From Actinomycetota bacterium (GTDB taxonomy: Bacteria > Actinomycetota > Actinomycetes > S36-B12 > UBA5976), in assembly GCA_947452765.1 (NCBI GenBank), contig CANGDR010000001.1, positions 100,499 to 164,498 on the forward strand: a stretch of DNA of 64,000 bases, read 5' to 3'. Position numbers and translations under genes: made by a program. A model generated the notes under the pieces. That model saw nothing but the letters and a program-made list of their open reading frames with translations, did not search any database and was not told the DNA's origin. Positions 29,860 to 38,095 of the stretch are shown piece after piece. Position 1 is the first letter of the stretch. Each line of letters opens with the position of its first letter.

Positions 29860-29971
29860 GTACCAATTCTGGCACCAGCCAGAGGGAATAGGAATGTCAG
29901 CCTGAAGGTTACAATAGGAACATAACTAAATAGTAGTGGTTACCTTTCCAGTAATCTCCAAGTAAAAACTT

Positions 29972-30334
29972 GGGGGTGAACGGTTTCGACTTTGGTAGTC
30001 GAAATGGGAGAAGCGAGCCGAGAATGTTGGTCATCTCGTAAACGTCCAGCAAAAACAATAAGTGCCAAATCTAATAGCACTGATTTCGCCCTAGCTGCAT
30101 AAGCTAGCCTCGAAATCCGCGAGACTAGGGGCGTTCCTGCTCTAGATCCTCGCGTCATTTAGGGAACTTACCAACGGAACCGGTCACGGGCTCTGACGGG
30201 AAATCTAACAGTGGCTGTGCCTGTCGACATCTTGTTTGCGTGAACGTCGGGGCAGAGAAAAGCTAATGCAAACTGCGCTCGGAGAATTACCAAATCTTCA
30301 CCTAAGGACCCGGGTTCGATTCCCGGCACCTCCA
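29972..30334 (+). ncRNA. ssrA: tmRNA (SsrA), one-piece
   Basis: 5' GGGGGUGAACGGUUUCGAC pairs with 3' ...CACCUCC-A to give a 7-bp acceptor stem with a G3:U pair. T-arm is GGACCCGGGUUCGAUUCCCGG. Internal tag reading frame 30064-30102 is GCC AAA TCT AAT AGC ACT GAT TTC GCC CTA GCT GCA TAA = AKSNSTDFALAA*. CCA is not encoded. Confidence 0.93.
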
Positions 30335-30392
30335 CTGCACAATCGAGTCAACTGACTCGAAACGAAACGCTAAGGCGTTTCAAACGCTTAAA

Positions 30393-30433
30393 CAGCGACT
30401 ACAAGTGCTTGCACTTAGTAGATCGCTGTTTTT
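30393..30433 (+). terminator. rho-independent terminator downstream of ssrA
   Basis: Interrupted ~16-bp stem (CAGCGA.CTAC.AAGTGC / GCACTT.GTAG.TCGCTG) followed by TTTTTGCGTTTT. Confidence 0.55.
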
Positions 30434-30518
30434 GCGTTTTACAGGAAATTGTAAATTTCCTTAGTTTCGAGTCTGATTGCGAGTTCCAGGTGGAGGTTGA
30501 GCGAGCGCAGCGAGGGAA

Positions 30519-30530
30519 CACCTCCACTGC
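30519..30530 (+). repeat. 12-nt direct copy of the tmRNA 3' terminus (CACCTCCACTGC)
   Basis: Exact match to 30327-30338 (last acceptor-stem bases plus 4 nt of flank), 192 nt downstream. Confidence 0.6.
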
Positions 30531-30609
30531 GACGGCTCCACCCCCGTTCTTACAAATCCTTAACATTTTTGTTACCAACTCTTGGATGGGTTTCTGTCAA
30601 GATTGCACC

Positions 30610-31617
30610 ATGCCTTCTTTTATTAAGCGACTTTTTGCCCCTGCCAATTCGTTGGAGGCGGGCAAAGCCTTGTTCCCCACTCGCATCTTTTTAGGTGCGA
30701 TGTTTATTTATGCCTCATTTACAAAGTTGACTGATTCAGCCTTCTTTGATCCCGCTTCTCCAAATGGCGTCGCAAGGCAAATGCAGGCCGCTGCTGGGTC
30801 GAGCCCAATTGGCTTCTTTCTTAACCACTTGATCGAGCATGCCACTTTGGTTGGTTACGGCATTGCACTCGGGGAATTGGCGATCGGCTTAGGTTTACTC
30901 TTTGGCATTTGGAGTCGTGCTGCAGCACTCGGGTTGGCACTAGTTTCATTTAGTTTTGTACTCACGGTCAGTTGGGGAACCACGCCCTACTTCCTGAATC
31001 CTGATCTTGCCTATTTTGCAGCTGCTATTCCATTCATCATTATTGGCGACGGCGGATACAAATCAATAGAAGCTTCAATTCGTAATCGGGTTAAGCAAGA
31101 ACTCGGAGTATCAAGTAGCAAGAAATTGAGTAACGCTCCACTTGAAGCGCAGATCGAGCGCCGCACTTTCGTCAAGACCAGCGCAATTGCAGGCGGACTT
31201 GGAGTAGCTGGGTTATCACTTGGCATGGTTGGCCAGAAGCCTAAGGGGACTGCAGGTCGGGTAATTTCTCCTTCTCCAAGCAGCACACCAGCTGCGACCG
31301 GCGGAAACTCTACTGGTACCAAAGTTGCTTCCATTTCGGATGTACCCGTGGGAACAGCATTTCAATTCACCGACCCAACAACGGGTGCACCAGCATATTT
31401 AATGCAGCCTGCAGCTGGCACGTTTATTGCCTACAGTGCAGTTTGCACACATCAAGGTTGCATCGTCGGGGAAAACTTAGCGAATGGCACATTCAATTGC
31501 CCATGCCATGGTGCCCAATTTGATGCCAAAACAGGAGCTCATCAAAGTGGCCCAGGCAGAGGCGATCTTACAAAGATTAATATCACTGCTTCAGGAAATG
31601 ACTTACTTGCTTCTTAG
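30610..31617 (+). CDS. membrane-anchored Rieske [2Fe-2S] protein with N-terminal DoxX-like domain
   Basis: ~335 aa from the ATG at 30610; four N-terminal TM segments, internal twin-arginine-like ERRTFVKTSAIAGGLGVAG, Ser/Pro/Thr linker, Rieske ligand boxes CTHQGC and CPCHG. Confidence 0.7.
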   Translation: MPSFIKRLFAPANSLEAGKALFPTRIFLGAMFIYASFTKLTDSAFFDPASPNGVARQMQAAAGSSPIGFFLNHLIEHATLVGYGIALGELAIGLGLLFGIWSRAAALGLALVSFSFVLTVSWGTTPYFLNPDLAYFAAAIPFIIIGDGGYKSIEASIRNRVKQELGVSSSKKLSNAPLEAQIERRTFVKTSAIAGGLGVAGLSLGMVGQKPKGTAGRVISPSPSSTPAATGGNSTGTKVASISDVPVGTAFQFTDPTTGAPAYLMQPAAGTFIAYSAVCTHQGCIVGENLANGTFNCPCHGAQFDAKTGAHQSGPGRGDLTKINITASGNDLLAS

Positions 31618-32823
31618 TTAGAGGGAAGCGGTAGCGTCTGCTAGCCCATTTAGCAAGCGATCTATTTCTTCAGCTGTGTTGTATGGAGCCAGCCCAGCAC
31701 GAATTGCGCCATCATCACCAAGTCCCAAGTGACGAGAGCATTCGATTGCATAGAAATTGCCAGCTGGGGCGTTGACTTTACGCTCTGCCAAGAATTCATA
31801 GACGCGCTCAGAATTTATTCCCGCCAAACTGAATAACTCAGTAGGTGTCTTCAGACGTGCATTGCTGTAAAGCGTTACATTAGGCATGGATTCCAAGCCT
31901 GCGCGCAACCGATGGTTAAGTATATGTTCGTGTTCATCGGCAGCAGTCTGGGAAGAAATTATCCGCTCGCGCCTGGAACCTGATCCAGGCACCATGTCGG
32001 CAATGAAGTCAACAGCCGCTGTGACGCCAGCCAACATCTCGTAAGGCAACGTGCCGAGCTCGAATCTTTCTGGGATGTCTTCAGAAGAAGGAAGTAATTT
32101 GTCTGGGTGCAGTGTTTCGAGCAGGGCAGGGGACGCTGTCATTACACCAATATGTGGGCCAAAGAATTTGTATGGTGAACAGCCGTAGAAGTCAGCACCC
32201 ATAGCTTTGAAATCAACAACTGAGTGTGGGGTGTTATGTACGCCATCAACATAAAGCAGTGCACCAGCCGCATGAACAGACTTTGCAATTGCAGGGATGT
32301 CAGGTCGAGTGCCGATCAGGTTCGATGCAGCCGTGATTGCTACAAGCTTGGTGCGATCGGTAAGTACCGATTCAACATCTGAAACATCTAGGTAGCCAGT
32401 AGCTGGATCGAAATCAATCCAACGCAAGGTAGCACCTGACTTTTGGGCATAACGAACCCAAGGTCGAACGTTGGCATCATGATCCAGGCGAGAGGCAACG
32501 ATTTCATCACCTGGTCCCCAGTCTTGAGCTAACGTACGTGCAATATCAAAAGTTATTTGCGTCATACTGCGCCCAAAGAAGATTCCTTCAGGCGTTGAGC
32601 CAAGTAAATCTGCCATAGCTTGACGCGCATTATCAACTGATGCCTCAGCATTACGCTCAGCCTCAGTCACCAGTGCCTGGTTTGCTAGCGGCCCAGTCAT
32701 AGTCTCGAAAATGGCTTTGCCAACTGGCAGTGGCGTTTGGGTACCACCGGGTCCATCAAAGTGAGCAACCCCAGATGTTAGGGACGAAAAATGCGACCGG
32801 ATTTGTGCAACATCAAATGACAT
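31618..32823 (-). CDS. class V aminotransferase-fold PLP enzyme (cysteine desulfurase-like)
   Basis: 401 aa; PLP-lysine context CSPYKFFGPHIG, overall SufS/CsdA-like layout; lacks an obvious persulfide Cys loop by eye. Confidence 0.7.
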   Translation of the reverse strand: MSFDVAQIRSHFSSLTSGVAHFDGPGGTQTPLPVGKAIFETMTGPLANQALVTEAERNAEASVDNARQAMADLLGSTPEGIFFGRSMTQITFDIARTLAQDWGPGDEIVASRLDHDANVRPWVRYAQKSGATLRWIDFDPATGYLDVSDVESVLTDRTKLVAITAASNLIGTRPDIPAIAKSVHAAGALLYVDGVHNTPHSVVDFKAMGADFYGCSPYKFFGPHIGVMTASPALLETLHPDKLLPSSEDIPERFELGTLPYEMLAGVTAAVDFIADMVPGSGSRRERIISSQTAADEHEHILNHRLRAGLESMPNVTLYSNARLKTPTELFSLAGINSERVYEFLAERKVNAPAGNFYAIECSRHLGLGDDGAIRAGLAPYNTAEEIDRLLNGLADATASL

Positions 32824-33063
32824 GTAGCAATGTTATGGGTCTGATCGTCGGCGCTGCACACCGATATTGGCTAAGCGACTTCCGTGTGCTTTCGAACCGC
32901 CTGTAACTCCAGTCACAAAGTGGTCCCGATTTCCTGTGCCATTGCTCACATGAGGCCAGTTTTCGGCGTTTTGGGCCCTGGTGGGTTAGAAAAGCACACC
33001 AATTAGGTGCATTCTTGGTTAAATCCATTTAGACGTGCGTTGTTTCGCTAACAAGGAGTTCAA

Positions 33064-34887
33064 GTGACCGGTTCTAATGTTCCAGGTTTTACCGATGCAC
33101 CAACCAAGAATAAGAAACTTCTTGCTTGGGTCGCCGAAGTTGCAGAACTGACTACTCCTGATCGCATCGAATGGTGTGACGGTTCCGAAGGTGAGTGGTC
33201 ACGACTCACTCAAGAATTAGTTGAAGCCGGCACTCTCATTCAGTTAAATCCAGAAAAACGTCCAAACTCATTCCTCGCTCGGTCACATCCGAGTGACGTA
33301 GCTCGCGTTGAAGATCGCACTTACATTTGCTCCGTAAAAGAAGAAGACGCTGGACCAACCAACAACTGGATGGAGCCAAGCGAAATGAAGGGCATCCTGC
33401 GCCAGACTTTCAAAGGCTGCATGAAGGGTCGCACTATGTATGTGGTGCCATTCTCCATGGGTCCACTTGGTTCTGACATCAGTGAACTTGGCGTTGAATT
33501 AACGGATTCACCATATGTCGTTATCAGCATGAAGATGATGACTCGTATGGGTAAAGCAGCACTTGATCTAATCGGCGAACATGGAGACTTTGTTCCTGCA
33601 CTTCACTCTGTAGGCGCACCACTTGAGCCAGGTCAAAAAGATTCAACTTGGCCATGCAGCGAAACTAAGTACATCGTTCAGTTCCCAGAAGAACGTGAAA
33701 TTTGGTCGTTCGGTTCAGGTTACGGAGGAAACGCGCTACTAGGGAAGAAGTGTTTCGCACTTCGCATTGCCTCAGTTATGGCGCGAGATGAAATGTGGCT
33801 CGCTGAACACATGCTAATTCTTAAGCTGACGTCACCACAAAAGAAGTCTCACTATATCGCAGCCGCATTCCCATCAGGTTGCGGTAAGACGAACCTTGCG
33901 ATGCTAGAGCCAACCATTCCAGGCTGGGAAGTTGAAACTATTGGCGATGACATCTGCTGGATGCGCCCTGGTGAAGATGGCCGTTTGTACGCGATTAATC
34001 CAGAAGCAGGATTCTTTGGCGTTGCCCCAGGCACGGGAATGCACACGAATGCAAACGCAATCAAATCACTTTATGCCAACTCACTATTCACCAACGTCGC
34101 GCTAACGGACGACGGTGATATCTGGTGGGAAGGCTTAACCGAAGAGGCGCCAGCACACTTGATCGACTGGAAAGGTAACGATTGGACTCCTGAATCCGAA
34201 GAAGTTTCCAGTCATGCCAACTCGCGCTTCACCGCACCAGCTGAGCAGTGCCCGTCCATTTCACCTGAGTGGGACAACCCAGCAGGCGTTCCAATATCTG
34301 CAATTCTTTTTGGTGGCCGTCGCGCTACCAACGTTCCGTTAGTTGCCCAGTCACGCAGTTGGAACCATGGAGTTTTCATGGGCGCAACTATTTCTTCGGA
34401 AATGACAGCCGCCGCAGTAGGTGGACTTGGCCAACTTCGTCGCGATCCATTTGCGATGCTGCCATTCTGTGGTTACAACATGGCTGATTACTGGGGCCAC
34501 TGGGTAAACATGGGACGTACGTTCCCGAATGTTCCAAAGATCTTCCAGGTCAACTGGTTCCGTAAGGACGAATCTGGAAAATTTATCTGGCCAGGATTTG
34601 GCGAAAATTCTCGAGTGCTGGCTTGGGTGGTAGATCGCCTAGAAGGAAGCGCTGAAGGCGAAGATTCACCAGTTGGCCTATTGCCGCAAATGGAAGAACT
34701 TAACCTCTCTGGCCTGGAAATTAGTGAAACTGATCTTGATGCTTTATTTGAGGTTGATAAAGGCAGCTGGTTGGCTGAATGTGAACTCACCGATGAATAT
34801 TTCGCCCAGTTTGATGGTCGCGTCCCAGCTGAACTAAATGCTGAGTTAGCCGATCTAAAGCAGCGCCTGAACCGCCTACCTGCTTAA
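33064..34887 (+). CDS. pckG: phosphoenolpyruvate carboxykinase (GTP)
   Basis: 607 aa; kinase-1a motif [24 protein letters not shown] and other GTP-PEPCK signatures. Confidence 0.95.
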   Translation: MTGSNVPGFTDAPTKNKKLLAWVAEVAELTTPDRIEWCDGSEGEWSRLTQELVEAGTLIQLNPEKRPNSFLARSHPSDVARVEDRTYICSVKEEDAGPTNNWMEPSEMKGILRQTFKGCMKGRTMYVVPFSMGPLGSDISELGVELTDSPYVVISMKMMTRMGKAALDLIGEHGDFVPALHSVGAPLEPGQKDSTWPCSETKYIVQFPEEREIWSFGSGYGGNALLGKKCFALRIASVMARDEMWLAEHMLILKLTSPQKKSHYIAAAFPSGCGKTNLAMLEPTIPGWEVETIGDDICWMRPGEDGRLYAINPEAGFFGVAPGTGMHTNANAIKSLYANSLFTNVALTDDGDIWWEGLTEEAPAHLIDWKGNDWTPESEEVSSHANSRFTAPAEQCPSISPEWDNPAGVPISAILFGGRRATNVPLVAQSRSWNHGVFMGATISSEMTAAAVGGLGQLRRDPFAMLPFCGYNMADYWGHWVNMGRTFPNVPKIFQVNWFRKDESGKFIWPGFGENSRVLAWVVDRLEGSAEGEDSPVGLLPQMEELNLSGLEISETDLDALFEVDKGSWLAECELTDEYFAQFDGRVPAELNAELADLKQRLNRLPA

Positions 34888-34904
34888 TTTGTTAGGGTAG
34901 CCAC

Positions 34905-35177
34905 ATGGCTGACGAAGATTTTCGCACTGAAGGTGGAGTGCTTGTAGACGAACGCGTCGAAGAGCAAACCGAAGCAGGAGATCACGAGCGGTTCGCGCAT
35001 TATGTGCGAAAAGACAAAATCGTTGAAAGTGCGGTCCTTGGAGCGCCAGTCGTTGCGCTCTGTGGAAAAGTTTGGGTGCCAAGTCGAGATCCAGGCAAGT
35101 TCCCGGTCTGCCCGGAGTGCAAAGAGATTTTCGAAGGTATGCCAAGTGGTGGAGACGGCGGCGACCACAAAGAATGA
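34905..35177 (+). CDS. DUF3039-family small protein (actinobacterial)
   Basis: 90 aa; FAHYVRKDKIVESAVLGAPVVALCGKVWVP...CPECKEIF matches my recollection of DUF3039 (Cys pair zinc-ribbon-like). Confidence 0.75.
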   Translation: MADEDFRTEGGVLVDERVEEQTEAGDHERFAHYVRKDKIVESAVLGAPVVALCGKVWVPSRDPGKFPVCPECKEIFEGMPSGGDGGDHKE

Positions 35178-36556
35178 CCGGGTCACCTTGGGCACCGGAG
35201 TATCGGCGCCTCAGTACGGGAATCGTTGCGCTAGTTAGCGTCTTTGGATTCGAAGGCATTGCGATTGGAACTGTAATGCCGGTGGCAGCAGCTGATCTAA
35301 ACGCAATTAGCAATTATTCGGTTGCATTCACAAGTTTCACGATGGCATCGATACTCGGCATGACAATTGCTGGCCTTTGGGCTAACCACCTTGGGTTGGC
35401 GCGAGTTGCGATGCTTGCGGTCGTTTTTCTGGGTGCTGGCTCAATTATTGCGGGACTAGCAGAAACTCTTACAGTCTTGACGGCTGGTCGAGCAATTCAA
35501 GGCCTGGGAATGGGAATTGATTTAGTAACCATGTACGTGATTATCGGGCGCATGTATCCGGATGCAATTCGAGGAAAAGCATTAGGCATGCTCGCTGGTG
35601 CGTGGGTAGTCCCAGGTTTAATTGGTCCGGGATTAGCTGGCTTACTTGTTGAGTATGCATCGTGGCGAATGGCATTTTGGATCGTGCCAGTACTTTTACT
35701 TGGGCCGGTGTTTCTGCTCGTGCCGATTCTCCGAACCCTGCCAGATACCGGCGCACCCCTTAGAACTGATGCTCGAATTCAAATCATTTCAGTACTGATT
35801 GCGATCTTGGCGCTTTCCCTGTTTCAGTTCGCGGCTTCGCATGCTGGAAAATGGGAATGGTCACAAATAATTCCAGTCGTACTTGGCTCAATCGCCGGCC
35901 TTGTTTGGGCAATTCAACATTTGATGCCTAAGGGCTATCTTCGAATGGCTCCAGGAATACCTTCGGTAATTGGCATGCGTGGAGTTTTGGCTGGCGCATA
36001 CTTTGCGGCTGAAGTTTTTGTGCCACTAGCACTTCAAGAAATGCGCGGGGTACCAGTAGCACTTTCGGGAGGCGTCTTAACGGCAGCAACCATTTTTTGG
36101 TTTGCTGGATCCTGGCTACAAGGAAGTCACAAGCTTAAGATTTCTAAAGACGCGATCTTAACTATTGGATCGCTATGCGGCGGGATCGGTATCGCAGTCA
36201 TTCCGCTTGCTGTTTTTGTACCGGAAAGTAAATATGTTGCGGCGTTCCTTGCCAGCGTAGTTTGGGGGATCTGTGCCTTTGGGATCGGATTATGTTTTCC
36301 AACTCTTGGTGGCCTCGTGCTTGAAATGTCGCCAGAGGCGGAGCACCCAAAGCTCAGCGCATCACTGCAAATGTCAGACTCGTTCGGAACAATTATTATT
36401 ACGGCGATCGCCGGCAGCATACTTTCGGCAGCAAGTTTTGATGGCAATCTTAGCCATGCCACTTTTACCAAAATGTGGGTGATTTGTGCGATTTTTGCGC
36501 TTTTTTCGGTGGCGTTCGTCCGTCAAATCCACCGAAATGCGGTAATTGCCCGTTAA
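35174..36556 (+). CDS. MFS transporter
   Basis: ~460 aa from the ATG at 35174 (ATGA overlap with the DUF3039 stop); 12-14 TM segments, GRAIQGLGMG motif. Confidence 0.8.
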   Translation: MTGSPWAPEYRRLSTGIVALVSVFGFEGIAIGTVMPVAAADLNAISNYSVAFTSFTMASILGMTIAGLWANHLGLARVAMLAVVFLGAGSIIAGLAETLTVLTAGRAIQGLGMGIDLVTMYVIIGRMYPDAIRGKALGMLAGAWVVPGLIGPGLAGLLVEYASWRMAFWIVPVLLLGPVFLLVPILRTLPDTGAPLRTDARIQIISVLIAILALSLFQFAASHAGKWEWSQIIPVVLGSIAGLVWAIQHLMPKGYLRMAPGIPSVIGMRGVLAGAYFAAEVFVPLALQEMRGVPVALSGGVLTAATIFWFAGSWLQGSHKLKISKDAILTIGSLCGGIGIAVIPLAVFVPESKYVAAFLASVVWGICAFGIGLCFPTLGGLVLEMSPEAEHPKLSASLQMSDSFGTIIITAIAGSILSAASFDGNLSHATFTKMWVICAIFALFSVAFVRQIHRNAVIAR

Positions 36557-36602
36557 TCTCGATTCAAAGACCCAAAGTTTGGGCTAAAAACGGGAGAAAT
36601 AA

Positions 36603-37169
36603 ATGTCAACGAACACTATGGCGCCAGAAGAAGCAATCGGCGCAATTGGTAAAAAGTGGTGGTTACTACTTCTACTAGGTGCACTTTCCATCGTTGCTGG
36701 TATCGCAGCACTTAACAACCCAATCTCTGCAACTGCAACTTTGATCATGTTCTTTGGTCTGTGGCTGTTTGTTAGCGGTATTGGATCAATCGTCCGCGCA
36801 TTCGGCGCTGAATCCGAAGGTGCCGGCAAGACCATGATGATCATCAGCGGATTCCTGTCTGTTGCGCTTGCGGTTATTTTCTTCAACGGCGGCATCATCG
36901 ACAAAGTCCAGCTAGCTTCAATCTTCATGGGTATCACATTCATGTTCCGCGGTATGGCTGAACTAATGATGGGTATCGCTTCGAAGGGTCAAGCTGGCCG
37001 TGGCTGGGCCATCTTCATGGGCATCATCACGCTTATTGCTGGTGTTGTCACGATTAACAACCCAGTGGCCTCACTTGTAACTGTTACCCAGATCATCTCG
37101 TTCTTCCTAATCATCCTTGGTGTGATGGAAGTTGTATCTTCGTTCCAGCTTAAGAAGCTAGCTAGTTAA
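36603..37169 (+). CDS. HdeD/DUF308-family membrane protein
   Basis: 188 aa; six TM segments with repeated GI..I..G pattern typical of DUF308. Confidence 0.7.
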   Translation: MSTNTMAPEEAIGAIGKKWWLLLLLGALSIVAGIAALNNPISATATLIMFFGLWLFVSGIGSIVRAFGAESEGAGKTMMIISGFLSVALAVIFFNGGIIDKVQLASIFMGITFMFRGMAELMMGIASKGQAGRGWAIFMGIITLIAGVVTINNPVASLVTVTQIISFFLIILGVMEVVSSFQLKKLAS

Positions 37170-37183
37170 TTTGAACTAAATCA

Positions 37184-37213
37184 AAAGGGGTGGGCATTAG
37201 CCCACCCCTTTTG
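37184..37213 (+). terminator. rho-independent terminator
   Basis: AAAA-GGGGTGGGC-ATTA-GCCCACCCC-TTTT, perfect 9-bp GC-rich stem plus T-tract. Confidence 0.8.
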
Positions 37214-37253
37214 CATGTCTTGATTTGTCGCTTTGTCGTGAGACACTTTAAGT

Positions 37254-37532
37254 GTGAGTGTGGCACCAGTTGAAGAGATTAGTACGGATCTTTTAACAGA
37301 TCGACCTTGGATTACCTTGGTATGGAATGACCCAATCAATTTAATGACGTATGTTACCTACGTATTCCAGTCCTATTTTGGTTACGACAAACCAAAGGCT
37401 GAGAAGTTAATGCTTGACGTACACGAGCGAGGAAGGGCCGTCGTTAGTTCCGGAACGCGCGAAGAGATGGAACGAGATGTTGCTGGCATGCACTCGTATG
37501 GCCTATGGGCGACCTTGCAAAAGGATGACTGA
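37254..37532 (+). CDS. clpS: ATP-dependent Clp protease adaptor ClpS
   Basis: 92 aa; [22 protein letters not shown]...A..LM..VH..G.AVV core. Confidence 0.9.
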   Translation: MSVAPVEEISTDLLTDRPWITLVWNDPINLMTYVTYVFQSYFGYDKPKAEKLMLDVHERGRAVVSSGTREEMERDVAGMHSYGLWATLQKDD

Positions 37533-38042
37533 ATGTTTAAACGCTCGCTAACTGGAAGAATTATATTGAAGCTGGAGACAGCAGAGAAAGTTGTGCTTGG
37601 ACAACTCTTTGACCAAATGGATGAGCTTCTAGATACTGAAATTGAGCCCCTAAGTGAAGATCCACTAGCCCGTTTAATAAACCTAGATGGTCCAACTGAA
37701 ATTTCATCAGATCCAGCCGTAGCTCGACTATTCCCAAATGGGTACTCCAGCGATGACCACGCAAGTGCTGACTTCCGACGCTACACCGAACAAGATTTGC
37801 GGCAAGAAAAACTCGATGCATTAACCAGTTCCCGAGCAACCTTGGAGCGCGAAGAAATGAAGTCTGCGTTAACTGCAGATCAAGCCCAGGCCTGGCTAAG
37901 GTCCTTAAATGATTTACGACTAGTTTTGGGTACTCGCCTTGGCGTTGGTGAAGATTTTGATGAAGATTCAGACGACCCGGGTTACCATCTTTACAGTTAT
38001 TTAACTTATTTGCAGGGCACGCTGATCGATTGTCTTACGTAA
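37533..38042 (+). CDS. DUF2017-family protein
   Basis: 169 aa acidic protein abutting clpS (TGAATG junction), the conserved actinobacterial clpS partner position. Confidence 0.7.
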   Translation: MFKRSLTGRIILKLETAEKVVLGQLFDQMDELLDTEIEPLSEDPLARLINLDGPTEISSDPAVARLFPNGYSSDDHASADFRRYTEQDLRQEKLDALTSSRATLEREEMKSALTADQAQAWLRSLNDLRLVLGTRLGVGEDFDEDSDDPGYHLYSYLTYLQGTLIDCLT

Positions 38043-38051
38043 ATTTGACAT

Positions 38052-38085
38052 AAAAATACCCCGACCGATTGGTCGGGGTATTTTT
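38052..38085. terminator. bidirectional rho-independent terminator
   Basis: AAAAA-TACCCCGACC-GATT-GGTCGGGGTA-TTTTT between the convergent DUF2017 and rhodopsin genes. Confidence 0.8.
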
Positions 38086-38095
38086 ATTTAGTAAT

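Noticed and set aside
29940-29968. Sigma-70-like promoter TTACCT-N17-TAAAAA directly abutting the tmRNA 5' end
   Set aside because: It would place the TSS about 3 nt before the mature 5' end, whereas tmRNA is matured by RNase P from a leader. The -10 also lacks the terminal T. Too weak to call.
29940-30158. 72-aa minus-strand ORF in the track
   Set aside because: It lies entirely antisense to the tmRNA gene, which has an unambiguous acceptor stem, T-arm and tag frame. It is a spurious ORF.
30409-30609. N-terminal 67-aa extension of the Rieske ORF (MHLVDRCFCV...)
   Set aside because: The extension runs through the ssrA terminator and the hairpin-rich spacer, is Cys/Phe-rich and looks non-protein-like. 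The ATG at 30610 begins the first TM segment.
32824-33063. 240-nt spacer upstream of pckG as a possible sRNA or riboswitch, and the 71-aa ORF 32813-33028
   Set aside because: I saw only weak similar motifs (GCACACC-N-ATT-GG twice), no convincing terminator or conserved riboswitch core, and the ORF translation looks random. The evidence is insufficient.
35072-35173. Longer MFS ORF start (MGAKSRSRQVPG...) overlapping DUF3039
   Set aside because: The 34-aa extension is Arg-rich and in an alternative frame over the well-conserved DUF3039 coding sequence. The ATG at 35174 gives the classic ATGA coupling.
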